Assembly (NCBI GenBank): GCA_964016885.1
Contig: OZ024748.1
Span: forward strand, 51,150,001 to 51,214,000
Reading direction: 5' to 3'
Source: Eledone cirrhosa
Taxonomy: Eukaryota
DNA: 64,000 nt
The position numbers were made by a program, and so were the translations under genes. The notes beneath the pieces were generated by a model. That model was not told the origin of the DNA and searched no databases. It worked only from the letters and a program-made list of their open reading frames with translations. This document shows positions 12,640 to 27,229 of the stretch, piece by piece (within the stretch, counting starts at the first letter, position 1; each line of letters starts with the position of its first letter).

Positions 12640-12892
12640 AAGTGATCATGTAGGTGTCACAGTAAAAAGCACCAAAACAACACTGTTTAGGGGTCATGTA
12701 GGTGTCAGAAGAATAAGCTCTCACCCTACACTGCAAATGAAGTTGGCATTAGGAATGTCATAGGGCCATTGAAACCAAGCTACAAACAGTTCTGTAAGAG
12801 CAAGACACGATCACCTGACCCGAGATGCCTCAAACGGTACAACGTGCCTAATGGATGATAGAGTGGAAATTAAATGTTAAACGAGGATGATG
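12640..12892 (+). mobile_element. Old diverged SINE/RTE-tail element
   Basis: gtcacagtaaaaagcacc...ttggcattaggaatgtcat...gttaaacgaggatgatg resembles the central and tail modules of the CORE-SINE/RTE family. Similar degraded copies at 13743-13985 (-) and 16600-16780 (+). Confidence 0.5.
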
Positions 12893-13174
12893 TAAATAAT
12901 TACGATTACGTGTGTGGTTATGTATGTAATTAGAATTTGTCACTCCACATAATGACTTAATCATCCTTGCATATTTTTTGCCCATTGCCAAAGAATGTTT
13001 TCATGGTTTGTCTTCCTGTTTTCTTTTGATTGTATAATTTTTTGAAATATTTACTTATCAACATATTGATTTTTCTCAGTTTCAGAAAATCCTGTACTAG
13101 GGTGAAAGCTAAAATTCTTTGCTTAAATTTTAATCTGTACTAATAAAAATATTTGCTCTGCGGGTTTATATAAA

Positions 13175-13205
<31 letters not shown>

Positions 13206-13258
13206 TTACAATCCTTATTGAGCCCTCTTTAGATTTTGGTCAAGAAATTAAATGTTAA

Positions 13259-13310
<52 letters not shown>

Positions 13311-13989
13311 CTACATACATATATATATTGATATATACAAATAAAGATTCAGCAAGAATCGCATTTCGGTGGGCAGGAAGGGCGAAGCGAAACGCAAAAA
13401 TCAGAAATGATACTGGCAAAGTGCTCAATAGTTAAAAACCAGAGCTAAACAATGTATATATATATTGATATATATATATATTTAGTGTTATTTCCATGAT
13501 TTCGAGGTCCATTATATGATTAGATATAACTCATTAAAATGTCCATGGAATAATTCCACAATAATTGTAAATTCTACTTTTTAACATTTCTAAAAGTAGA
13601 CAAAACTATGATGATAACAAACAGATATCTGATGATGGGGACCCTGTTTGTTCAGTCGAGGTTTTGTTTATTGAATTTCCATGTTTGTTCTCAAAGTCCC
13701 TGTACAGCATTTTAGAATGTCTCTGTTATTTCTGTAATATGTCATCATCATCATCATCATCACCATTTAACATTCAATTTTCCACGCTGGCATGGATTAG
13801 ACTGTTGTGAGCAATTACATGTCAGGTGACCATGTCTTGCTCATACATCAGCTTGGTTATTATAGCTGGATGCCCTTTCTAGTGCCAAATTAATTTATAG
13901 TGAGTGCTAGGTGCTTTTAGTTGTGAGACCTACACAATCAATTTATAGTGCGGACTGGGTGCTTTTTGCTATGACATCTACATGACTAC

Positions 13990-14518
<529 letters not shown>

Positions 14519-14900
14519 TTTCATTTCATTTTACGTCCGCTTTATCTCTGCTTGCAAGGGTGGGACGGGAACTGATTCTGGCTTGATTTCTACAGCTGGA
14601 TGCCCTATATATATATAATATATATATATAATATACAAGATCAGCTGACCGGACATTGCCCACAACAGGACAACCCGTCTAACCCATGCTAACGTGGAAG
14701 AACAGACGTAAAACTGTGATGATGATGATGATATATATATAGATATATATAATATATATATATATATTATATATATATAATATAAATATATATATATATT
14801 ATATATATATAATATATATATATATCTAGATAGATAGAGATATATATATATTATATATATATAATATATATATATATTTATATTATATATATATAATATA

Positions 14901-14943
<43 letters not shown>

Positions 14944-14954
14944 CTATATATATA

Positions 14955-15346
14955 TCATCATCATCATCACAGTTTTACGTCTGTTCTTCCACGTTAGCAT
15001 GGGTTAGACGGGTTGTCCTGTTGTGGGCAATGTCCGGTCGGCTGATCTTGTCTTGCTCATACGGGAACTGATTCTGCTCGATTTCTACAGCGCAATGCCC
15101 TTCCTAACACCAACCTCATTTACAGTGAGTGCTGGATGCTTTTTTGCTGTGGTACATCCATGACCACTTTGCAGTGGAATGATAAGGACCCCTGTCCTAT
15201 CATCTCATTTCTACAGCTGAGTAAACTGGAGCAATGTCAAATAAAGTGTCTTGCTCAAGGAAACAACACATCACCCGGTCCGAGAATTGAACTCACAACC
15301 TTTCGATTGCAAGCCCAATGCTCTAGCCACTAAGCCATGCATCTTC
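14955..15346 (-). mobile_element. CORE-SINE with extended RTE-type tail
   Basis: tRNA-like head at 15285-15346, CORE segment, ggttggtgttaggaagggcat module, tail cccatgctaacgtggaagaacagacgtaaaac(tga)n. Confidence 0.85.
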
Positions 15347-15367
15347 ACTTATATATATATATATAAT

Positions 15368-15743
15368 GGAGGCATATGGCGCTTAGTGGTTAGAGCACTG
15401 GGCTTGCAATCGAAAGGTTGTGAGTTCAAATCTCAGACCGGGTGATGTGTTGTTTCCTTGAGCAAGACATTTTATTTCACATTGCTCCAGTTTACTCAGC
15501 TGTAGAAATGAGATAGGACTGGTGTGCCTATCATTCCACTGCAAAGTGGTCATGGAGGTGCCATGGCAAAAAAACACCCAGCCCACACTGTAAAGTGGAC
15601 GTCTAGGAACCACGGAAAAAAAGCACCCACCACTCACTGTAAATGAGGTTGGTGTTAGAAAGGGCATCCAGCTGTAGAAATCAAGCCAGAACCAGTTTCC
15701 GTACCACCCTTGCAAGCAGGGAAAAGCAGACGTAAAATGATGA
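15368..15743 (+). mobile_element. CORE-SINE with RTE-type tail
   Basis: cttagtggttagagcactgggcttgcaatcgaaaggttgtgagttcaaatctc head, CORE, tail cccttgcaagcagggaaaagcagacgtaaaatgatg. Confidence 0.88.
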
Positions 15744-15754
15744 AAATTATATAT

Positions 15755-16101
15755 ATCATCATCATCATCATCATTTCATTTTACGTCCATTTTTCCCAGC
15801 TTGCAAGGGTGGGACGGGAACTGATTCTGGCTTGATTTCTACAGCTGGATGCCCTTCCTAACACCAACCTCATTTACAGTGAGTGCTGGGTGCTTTTTTG
15901 CCGTGGCACCTCCACGACCACTTTACTGTGGAATGATAGGGACCTCAGTCCCTATCATCTCATTTCTACAGCTGAGTAAACTGGAGCAATGTGAAATAAA
16001 GTGTCTTGCTCAAGGAAACAACACATCATCCGGTCTGAGAATTGAACTCACAACCTTTCGATTGCAAGGCCAATGCTCTAACCACTAAGCCATGTGCCTT
16101 C
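15755..16101 (-). mobile_element. CORE-SINE with RTE-type tail
   Basis: Reverse complement of the same family; (CAT)n tail at 15755-15775. Confidence 0.88.
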
Positions 16102-16427
16102 ATATATATATATGCAGTAGATAGAGAATTAGCAGAGTCATCAGAGAATCAGTTAAAATGCTTTGGCGTATCTATTCTGACTCTCTGCTCTAATTTTGAA
16201 TCATGCCCTGGTCCACTTTGTTCTAATCTTTTCAAGATCAATAATAACAGGTACCAGTTCCTCAAAATATTATTCTAACTTCCTATCTCTTCATCTGTGT
16301 TCAGACCTGGAGAGAGCGATGAGCTCTGCTAGTTTTGAATTATCCAAGAAATGCAGTATGTCACTATGGCACACTTGCATTTCCATCAGGTGTTAAAGAT
16401 AAAGATATATATATATAATATATATCT

Positions 16428-16577
16428 TTGACGCATAGAGTTACGTCCCTTGCCATTCTGAGTTCAAATCCCGCCGAGGTTAACTTTGCCTTTCATCCTT
16501 ATGGTGTCGATAAAAATAAAATAAAGTACCAGTAATGCACTGAGTAATTGCTGGCCTTGTGCCAAAAGTAGAAACAA
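16428..16577 (+). mobile_element. 5'-truncated SINE family M copy
   Basis: ctgagttcaaatcccgccgaggttaactttgcctttcatcc ... gtagaaaca-attat. Confidence 0.8.
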
Positions 16578-16780
16578 TTATATTATATATATTTACATAT
16601 CCCAGTCGACACTGTAAATGTGGTTGGTGTTAGGAAGGGCATCCAACTGTAGAAAACTTGCCAGATAATGTCCTATACAAGTGAGACACAGCACCCGATC
16701 AATCTTACCTCAAGTCGGATAATTCCTGTCTAACCGTTGCTAGCATGGAAGAAAGACGTTAAACGATGACGATGATGATG

Positions 16781-16853
<73 letters not shown>

Positions 16854-17399
16854 TGCTGTAGTTAGTTTGAAGCAATGTTGAGAAAGAAGAAAATAGTGTT
16901 TATTCAGAGGGCTATAACAATGCAAATAGGACAATTAATGTCGTGTGTGTGTGTGTGTGTGTGTGAATGTGTGTGAATGTGTGTGTGTGTGATGCACACA
17001 TATACACAAATAAATATGTCTCAAAAATATATGTGACTATGCATTTAACCATGTATGTATACCAATACATGGACATACACACATGGACATATATATCTCT
17101 CTCTATATATATACATACATATAACACATGTATATATATGTATAAATTTCACTAAACAGAAGAGGATATGAAGAGAAAAATATAAAACACACCAACAATT
17201 AAGTTAAGAAATACATTTCATAGACATTTCTGTATTTTTGTAATTTCCAACTGAAGAAAAAGAATATACCATTATGATAAAAATGTTAATAATACAAACA
17301 TTAGAATTATATATGAAAACATATATAAAACTATGTTATTGAAATAAACTGCAATGATGAAAAATAAATTAATAAATAAATAAATAAATAAATAAATAA

Positions 17400-17432
<33 letters not shown>

Positions 17433-17728
17433 CATGCATACATATATACATATATATATATACATACATATATGCATATATACATATATATACTTACATA
17501 TATACATACTTGCATATACATATATATATATGTATACTTATATATATATATATATATATATACATACATACATATATATATATATATACATACATACATA
17601 CATACATACATACATACATACATACATACATGCATATATATATATATACATACATACGTATATGCATACATACATATATATATTCATACATACATATATA
17701 CATATATATACATACATATATACATACT

Positions 17729-17768
<40 letters not shown>

Positions 17769-17795
17769 AACATACATTTATATATAAATACACAC

Positions 17796-17828
<33 letters not shown>

Positions 17829-18619
17829 CATACTTACATATATATATATATATATATACAAACATACATTTATATATAAATACATACATATATACATACT
17901 TATATATATATATACACATAGGAACATATATACACACACACACCCACACACACATATATATATATACATATATATATTTATATGCACATATACATATATA
18001 TATAAAAATGTCATATATATATATATATATGTGTGTGAAAATGCACCTTTTATATAAAAGCAAATCTTACAATATAAAAGCAACAACAATAGCTATACTA
18101 TATTCAGTATTGAATTGTGAGGGTGGGGAATATAGACGAATCATTGTCTTATAATATTATTAATAATAATAATGGTTTTCATCTCATAGAGCTGTCAATG
18201 TATGCACTCAAAGCAAGCACTGCCTTGGGACTCACACCAGAATATATCAGGAGGTGTTTTATTCAAACAGGTGTTACTGACATAATTTAACATCATGTCA
18301 GTAGAGAAATGTGATGGCTTTCTGGCTTCCAAGGGGAAGTTAGTGGGCAGTTTGGGGGAGGGAGTAAATGGAGTACAGAGTGGAACTGCATGCAGAGAGA
18401 AGGAGAAAGTAGGGGAGAGTGGGAGAGGGAGAAAGAGAGAGAGAGAGGGAGTTGATGTGAGAAAGAGGTGACGGGGGAACATGTTTACCATTGACTTCAT
18501 TACCATCATCATCAATGTCAACTACAATAGCAACAACATTAATTAGCATACCCCTGCTATCATCATAAATATGCAAACTAACACTAAACATGCAAATAAC
18601 CCAAACACACGATCCAATA

Positions 18620-19060
18620 TTGTCATCCAACCTGCTAGAAACAACAGCTAAGTTTCCAGTGAATCATGCCCTAACATCTTAACAATTAATGGACACTTTG
18701 GAAAATGTAGTAATAACAACACTATGAATGAAAATAACAATGTGATGGACATGGCTAGAATGTCTTTGATTATAAGCTGACCAGGGGATTAAACAAAATG
18801 AACATCATAAGATTCAAAATGGAACTTTCAAAGAAACCTCTATTTTGATGCTAGCACTGCTAAAAATTGCAGCGAAGTCTTTGACTCATATAGTATCTTC
18901 TTAAAAAAAAGGAGCATATCAAAAATGTAGAACTAGGTTCCCTGTACATGTGGGATAAAGGGAAAGACCATGGCTGGAATGCCTTTTATCATAGGTCTCC
19001 TTAATGAAGACCCCATTATGGCTGGAATGCCTTTAATCATAGGTCTTCTTAATCAAGCTA
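18620..19060 (-). repeat. Old dispersed repeat, two adjacent degenerate copies (relatives near 35320-35520, 55145-55300, 57735-58115)
   Basis: Shared motifs ctgctagaaacaacagctaa and catggctggaatgcc(t)ttt.atcataggtct, with reverse-complement-like sequence in the other copies. Confidence 0.5.
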
Positions 19061-19129
19061 AAAATAATAAGAATCAAAGTGTCATGATTTTTACCCTTGG
19101 TTCACAATTAAGTCTGCCTCTCTTTTCCA

Positions 19130-20560
19130 GCCAAAAAAACATGGCGGAGAGATTCACAAGAGACCCGGTTGATGGCTGGATCAATCCTTGCTAAATCTTT
19201 GTAAGTCACCAATATTTGGTTGGACATTGAATTAGTGCAACAAAGTAACTTTGTCATTGTGTGTAGATCTTTAACAGGCATGGCCAATGGCATTTCCATA
19301 CCTGTAGAGTTTATTTTAAACTGGAAATGCCCAATAAGTGGTTACAGTGCAAGTCCAAAGATTTTTCACCATAGATCTTAAGCAAAACGTCCTCTGGAAG
19401 AGACAAGCCAATTGATTTGCATCAATGTCCAGGGCTTCCTCATCATTTTCATCTAACCTTTCGACTAGCAGTCTTCTACAGAATGTTAATATGAAATTTC
19501 AGAAAGCCATATTGTCTAACATGTTGAGAGAACCTGAGAATATTCCAGATGCCAGAAGCCCAGTCTTGGTCTTAGATAGATCTAGGAAGACAGATTAGTG
19601 AAAATGACAAACTCTGAGAATATGTATCTGCCAAAATGCAACCAAACTTACTGATAAAATTGTTGTGCTCAATAAAATTTGTGGATGCTGTATTCTCAGT
19701 GTATGGGACATTGAGACCCCTAAACAGAAGATGTTGGCAGCATAAGGAATACTTGAAGGATAAAAGGTTTCCTTCCACAAAAACTAGAATAAGAGATACT
19801 GTCCAATGAATAGGGGGCTGGAATTAGCAGGGTGGGTTGTAATAAGCAGGGGATGTGTGTGGGAATGGCAAATCGGTAATTTTTTTAGGTTGTCTCTGCT
19901 GATTTATTTTAAAACAAGAATTAGTCATTTAGTTTACATATTGAGACCCCCAACCCATCCTATTTATTTTATAACATGGGGATTTCTAGTAATGTAATTT
20001 TTTGTAATGTGTAATGTTTTTTAATGTATAAAGAAAATTAATTGTCACAGGAATGCTACCACTTAAAATAAAATTTCAACTTAGATAGATTAGCAAAATT
20101 TGATAAGTGGAGGAGATAAGAGCAGTGGGGAGAAGTGTGAAAAAGATGATTATTTGAGACCAGAGAGTATCTTTCAGCCATTTTTGCCTCATATATCAGA
20201 GATAGCTTCCCATTGTGCACATTTCTGTCCACATTGTTCAAAATTTTGTAATAGATCCTAAGCACATGAAAGTTTGAAGGGAACCAAATCCCAAGCATCT
20301 AAGGGGTCCCATAAATACAATGTCAAATAATGCAAGTACAGGTTTACTAATAGCAAGAATTTCTTTCCCCAAAAGTCTGAACATCCACTAACCAGTGTAG
20401 CTTAATGTTTGATCTGTCATTTCTTGAAAAATATGTTGACTCTCCATAATATCGAACAGCTTTGATTTGGGAGCAATGAATCAAGAGTCAATAAAGAACA
20501 GATGAGGGCGAAAAATCTTTATGGGCTGAGTAGGCAGAAACTCACGACAGGGTGAGTGGA
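19130..20560 (-). pseudogene. Heavily degenerate L1/Tx1-type LINE ORF2 (RT C-terminal half to zinc-finger region)
   Basis: Minus-strand pieces LGIWF..N...RIYYKI......GKLSLIYEAK (typical of LGxxF...W...LSxxGR) and AFPV*NKLYRYG....AC*R...ND..TLLH (typical of LPxxxxL...CxxC..ETxxH); many stops and frameshifts. Confidence 0.55.
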
Positions 20561-21706
20561 CAGCAGTAGGATATTCAGAGGAAAAACTCCCATGAAACAA
20601 GTGTTTCGACAGTTGATAGCTCCTATTACTCTAAGGGAGCCAGTCCCACCTAGATCATAACTCCTAGGTTTCCCTCTGTTTTGGTTCTCTTCCAGTGGGT
20701 GATCATTTCCCATTACTGTGGTTTACACCACTCAGCCTCAAAGACTATTGGTAGAACTATCTCTTCACATCTATTTAAAGAGTAAACAATGTCAACAACT
20801 TGATGTATCCTATCTTAGAACATTTTTTTTTTTTAAATATAAGAGGACTCTTCAGCTGTAACAAAGACATGAGAACCTCCTTTGTACAGGTGCCAGGATA
20901 AAATGCTGTCAGTAAAGCACAGAAACCTATGTAATTCTGATGTAATCCCCACCCATGTCCATATGAGCACTTGGTAGAGTGCAGAAACATACCTAAGTAA
21001 GATACAGGTTCCTGGTTCATATGGGTAGTTGGTGCCTTTGCTTGAGAATTAACTTGCTCTGTGTTGCCCCATCCAGCATTTGGTAACAGAGAATGGATAT
21101 TAAATAAAGATGAACATGATGATGATGACCCTATATTATTTATTACATATTTAATAATGGATTACATAAAATAAGAAGCAAAACTCTATATTGGGTATAT
21201 GAACATGTCACTTACTCTTTAATGAAGAAGTAAGTTAATCACTGATGTATGACTACTTCTGATTTTAATTTTAGGAATATGCTTCATAGAAGCAGCTCAG
21301 TTTATGCATATACATCTAGACATGCCTACATACATGCATACATACATGCATATGTACATGTACATATATACGGATGGCTGCATATATATAGAGGCATAAA
21401 GCATAATTATGATTTCAAATTTTAATATCTGAATAATTACAAAACTAAAAAAAAACACACCATATTTATAGATAGATAGACAGATATAGATATATATTTA
21501 CTGCCAAAAAAGAATAATACATTTTTATAATGACAAGTTGGCATTAATTTTATGTATAAAATCATCTTGTAACATTTATATGCATTAATCAGCAATACTT
21601 TGCAGTTTGGAGAAAATGTTTACGAAAGGCACACAAAATCCTTTCTGTCACTTACTTTCTTTTAAAGTATGAAAGTATGAATACGGACAAGGCTATGTGT
21701 TTGTGC

Positions 21707-21772
<66 letters not shown>

Positions 21773-22247
21773 TTATATTCATAAGTGTTTGGGTGTGCAT
21801 GTACAAGTGTGTGTGTATATATATATATATTCATACACACATATATATATATAAGTATATCTATGTATATTAAGATAGATAACCATCTAATTTTGTTGCA
21901 TTCATGTATAATGTAGAAGATAAATACGTATATATTTGTAATAAAATATAGATAACGAGTGTCATATTGAAACTCAAACTCAGATTTCTTTTTCTTCTTA
22001 TATATATATATGTGTGTGTGTGTGTGCGTGTGAATGAATGTATAAATACATATACAAAGATTTATATGAATGAATGAATATATATATGTACATGTGTACT
22101 TGTATATAAGTAAGATTTTATACTTATATATAAATATATTTATAAGTATGTGTATGTATAGGTATATACACATATGTCCATACATACATATATATACATA
22201 TATGTGTATATGTGTGTGTGGGTTTGCATAGGTGTATATGGATATGT

Positions 22248-22283
<36 letters not shown>

Positions 22284-22556
22284 TACTCACACACACATAA
22301 ACACACATGTGTATGATTGAATACAACCACATATATTTTCTCAAAATCAGGCATAATACTATATATACGATTTATGGAACATTTTCATATTCACACATGC
22401 AATGATATGTAGTATATTTTCCCTCCTCTTTTATAGACTCAAACAAGATAAACTGGTGATAAAACATGAAAATTATATGCATGTATTTGACTGTTTGTGT
22501 GTCTGAACATGCAAAGATATACGTAAAAATATTTATCTATATATATATATATATAT

Positions 22557-22610
22557 ACAAATATATACATCTATATGTCATGTGTGTCTGTATATATAAT
22601 TACACACACC

Positions 22611-22648
<38 letters not shown>

Positions 22649-22704
22649 CAAATACATACATCTATATGTCATGTGTGTGTGTGTATATATATAATTACAC
22701 ACAT

Positions 22705-22735
<31 letters not shown>

Positions 22736-22793
22736 CACAAATACATACATCTATATGTCATGTGTGTGTGTATATATATAATTACACACACAG

Positions 22794-22830
<37 letters not shown>
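22557..22830. repeat. ~85-90 bp tandem repeat x3 of compound microsatellite
   Basis: caaata(c/t)atacatctatatgtcatgtgtgt...aattacacac occurs three times. Confidence 0.75.
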
Positions 22831-22849
<19 letters not shown>

Positions 22850-23289
22850 GCATATACATATATATTTGAATAATCACACACACCGACAAATAAATCTATT
22901 TATCTGTCCATCTATCCAAACACACACACATATACACACACACAAACACACACAAACACACATATATATATTAGTGTATTCATATGTCCATTATTTATAA
23001 TTACATATTTATAAAATCCTTGTATAATGTACATAACGTTATATATATGTATATTAAATATATATATATACAACGTGATATATGATGGTGTGTGTTTATG
23101 AAGGGTCAGAGAGAGAAAGAAAGTCATACAAATGAGTACACTAGCATAGCTGTATGCATATATATAATATACACTTATATATACATGCATGTATGTTTTT
23201 AGAGTGTCTGTATATATATAGAGAGAGACAGAGAGAGGGTGAGGAAGAGTGAGTGTAGGAGTGAGAAAAAGCAGAAGATGCACATATAT

Positions 23290-24430
23290 GTGTATGTCAA
23301 TCTATGTGTATGTATACCTATGTGTATGTATATCTATGTGTATGTATATCTATTTGTATGTATGTTTATATGCATAAGTATGTATGTGTATGTGTGTCTA
23401 TGTGTATGTATATGTATGTGTATATATGTCTATGTGTGTCTATATCTATGTGTATGTATATCTATGTGTATGTATATCTATGTGTATGTATATCTATGTG
23501 TATGTATATCTATTTGTATGTATGTTTATATGCATAAGTATGTATGTGTATGTGTGTCTATGTGTATGTATATGTATGTGTATATATGTCTATGTGTGTC
23601 TATATCTATGTGTATGTATATCTATGTGTATGTATATCTATGTGTATGTATATCTATTTGTATGTATGTTTATATGCATAAGTATGTATGTGTATGTGTG
23701 TCTATGTGTATGTATATGTATGTGTATATATGTATATGTATGTGTATGTCTATGTGTGTCTATATCTATGTGTATATATGTATATGTATGTGTATGTATA
23801 TCTATTTGTATGTATGTTTATATGCATAAGTATGTATGTGTATGTGTGTCTATGTGTATGTATATGTATGTGTATATATGTATATGTATGTGTATGTCTA
23901 GGTGTGTCTATATCTATGTGTATATATGTATATGTATGTGTATGTATATCTATTTGTATGTATGTTTATATGCATAAGTATGTATGTGTATGTGTGTCTA
24001 TGTGTATGTATATGTATGTGTATATATGTATATGTATGTGTATGTCTATGTGTGTCTATATCTATGTGTATATATGTATATGTATGTGTATGTATATCTA
24101 TTTGTATGTATGTTTATATGCTTAAGTATGTATGTGTATGTGTGTCTATGTGTATGTATATGTATATATATGTAAATGTTTATGTATGTCTGTGCATAAG
24201 AATGTATATGTATGTATATATATGTCTATGTGCATAAGTATGTATATGTATGTGTATATATGTCTATGTGTATAAGTATTATATGTATGTGTATATATGT
24301 CTATGTGCATAAGTATGTATATGTTTATATGTCTATGTGTATATATGTCTATGTGAATAAATATGTATATCTATATATGTATATGTGTATAAATATGTAT
24401 TTATGTCTATGTATATATATATATGCATAT
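23290..24430. repeat. Higher-order (TATG/TGTC)n satellite, ~100-160 bp period
   Basis: The anchor tatctatttgtatgtatgtttatatgcataagtatg recurs at ~23346, 23506, 23651, 23798, 23946 and 24094. Confidence 0.85.
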
Positions 24431-25019
24431 GTGTATATATGTCTATATGAAAGTATGTATAAACTATAAACTAAACTAAGCAACAAACAGCACAAATAAA
24501 ATATTTTAAATGAACAGAGTAAAAAAATAACACACAAAAAACCCAGATATATCAGCAAAATTATTTTCCCCTACCCACCCTTATCAAAAAGTGAAATTCT
24601 CTAAGTAAAAAAAAATATATATATATACTTAAAAAATATAAATAGCAGATGATAAATAATAAATAAAAATAATTTAAAAGCACAGTATCATATTGAGGAA
24701 TCTGTGTCTAATTATGAACTTCATTCAAGAAATGACAGATTTATTCATTCGGAGGAAGAATGTAGATAGGTATTGAGCCAGGGAGATTTCTCTGGAAGAT
24801 AACCAAATAAATGGAATACTCTCTCTGAATGTACAGGAGGCTATAGATCTCCGACAAGAAATGGAAAATGGTAAAAACAAAAATTAAAAAAAAAATTTTT
24901 TTTTTTTTTTGCATTTTGAAGTTTGAGTAAAAAGATAACCACAATTATCAGTGTGATAATAATAATATTATTAATAGCAATAATAGTAATGAATGGAAAA
25001 TTAGTAACAGTATTACTGA

Positions 25020-25615
25020 TGAAGGTGATGATGATGATGGTAGTGGTGGTGGTGGTGTTGGTGGTGGTGATGGTGTTGGTGATGGTGTTGGTGGTGGTGA
25101 TGGTGATGTTGGTGGTGGTGATGGTGATGATGGTGATGATGGTAGTGGTGGTGGTGATGTTGGTGGTGGTGGTGATGGTGTTGGTGGTGAAGATAGTGGT
25201 GATGGTGGTGGTGGTGATGGTGGTGGTGGTGGTAATGGTGGTGGTGGTGTTGGTGGTAATGATGGTGGTGGTGATGGCGGTGGTGGTGATGGCGGTGGTG
25301 GTGATGATGGTGGTGGTGATGACGGTGGTGGTGATGATGGTGATGATGATGGTGGTGGTGATGACGGTGGTGGTGATGAGGGTGATGATGGTGGTGGTGG
25401 TGGTGGTGGCGTTGGTGGTGATGATGATGATGGTGGTGGTGATGATGGTGATGGTGGTGATGATGATGATGGTGGTGGTGATGATGGTGGTGGTGATGTC
25501 GGTGATGATGGTGATGATGATGGTGGGGATGATGATGGTGGGGATGATGATGGTGGTGGTGGTGATGTCGGTGGTGATGATGATGGTGATGATGATGATG
25601 GTGATGATGGTGGTT
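25020..25615. repeat. (GGT/GAT)n trinucleotide tract
   Basis: Gives the spurious poly-V/M ORF 24923-25786. Confidence 0.9.
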
Positions 25616-25707
25616 GAGAACTGCCAGAAAAGTGGTGGGAATAATGATTTGGGTTGTGATTGTAGAAAAAAGGGTGATGATGATGCTGCTCGTGATGAAT
25701 TATACTT

Positions 25708-25788
<81 letters not shown>

Positions 25789-25887
25789 GAAACCATAATA
25801 TTTTTCATGTTTTCATCAATATGGTATTAGAGAGTATGAATTCAAATGGTAAAATAAATCTAATAATTTTATAATGATATATATATA

Positions 25888-26460
25888 GAGATTAGAGAGA
25901 AACGAAGCCTGCATGCTCCGATGGATGTGCAATAGTAACATACGCGAACGACAAAGCATAAATGAATTGAGAGAGAGACTGAGAATAAGAGGAATCAAAT
26001 GCTGTGTGCAGGAGAGGCGGTTGCGTTGGTATGGACATGTGATACGTATGAAGGATGACAGCTGCATAAAAAGGTGCAGAGCACTAGAAGTCGATGGAAA
26101 CCGCGGAGTGGGGAGACCCAAGATGACCCGTGATGAGGCGATAAAAGCCGACCTTACCCAATTAAACCTCTCAAAGGCGATGAGACACGACCGTGGCCTC
26201 TGGCGTCACACAGTAATACAGAGTACCTGACCTCCCATGGGTACACGCTGAAGCATATAGACAATATGCCCCCACACCCTCCCACTGCAAGGTGGTCGTG
26301 GAGGTGCCACGGCAAAAAAGCACCCAGCACTCACTGTAAATGAGGTTGGTGTTAGGAAGGGCATCCAGCTGTAGAAATCAAGCCAGAATCAGTTCCCGTC
26401 CCACCCTTGCAAGCAGGGAAAAAGTGGACGTAAAATGAAATGATGATGATGATGATGATA
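25888..26460 (+). mobile_element. 5'-truncated RTE (BovB-like) LINE, family R3: ORF end plus 3' UTR and (GAT)n tail
   Basis: MLRWMCN...ELRERLRIRGI...RRLRWYGHVIRM...GRPKMT...DRGLWR, stop at ~26230. The 3' UTR is nearly identical to the 3' ~180 bp of the CORE-SINEs. Confidence 0.85.
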
Positions 26461-26477
26461 TATGTGTGTGTGTGCTT

Positions 26478-26815
26478 TACTTGTACTTTATGTTATCAAT
26501 CCCCATAAAAATGAAAGGCAAAGCTAACATTGGCTTGATTTGAAATCAGAAAACCAAATAAGTTGCCACACATGTTGTCCGATGCTCTCACAATATAACC
26601 AAATAACCACTCTCAATGTTAAAATAATGTTTATGATTTAGGCACAAGGCCAACCATTTTAAAGGTGGAAAGTTGATTAAATTGATCCCAGGGTATTAAT
26701 GGAATTTATTCTATTGACCCCATAAGGAAGAAAGGCACTGCTAACCTCAGTGGGATTTGAACTCAGATCATATAAGGATATAACTATATACTGCCAATAC
26801 TACCAATACTACCAA
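26478..26815 (-). mobile_element. Two degenerate SINE family M copies in tandem
   Basis: aaggcaaagctaac..gatttgaaatcaga and ggcacaaggcca...gggatttgaactcaga...tactgccaat. Confidence 0.65.
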
Positions 26816-27229
26816 TCTATTTCCCTCTATATTAAAATAATAATGATATAAATAATAATATTGTTATTAAAAATGCCATAAATGAAGGAATTTATAAGAA
26901 TTTATAACATAAAAGTAATAGTTATTGATGATTATATAGGTCAATATATGTTATTTATCAGTTCAAGTTAATTATATTCAAGCAATCCATTTATTTTACA
27001 TTATTTTCTTATTTAAAATACTTATAAAGAGTTGCACTATCATATAAATCTGAATTATTCAATATTGAAAATCATAATTTTTATGGATTATGATAACGTC
27101 ATTCTATATTAAGTTTTAAATATTCAAATTTTATTCTTATAATGATTTAAATTTGTTTGATTGTTAAATGATGTGAATGAAGGTGATTTGTTTCGATGTA
27201 ATATAAACTTATTTACATATAGCCATATA

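Noticed and set aside
24923-25786. 287-aa V/M-rich ORF, and the 285-aa ORF at 55841-56698
   Set aside because: Pure (GGT/GAT)n low complexity with no domain or splice evidence.
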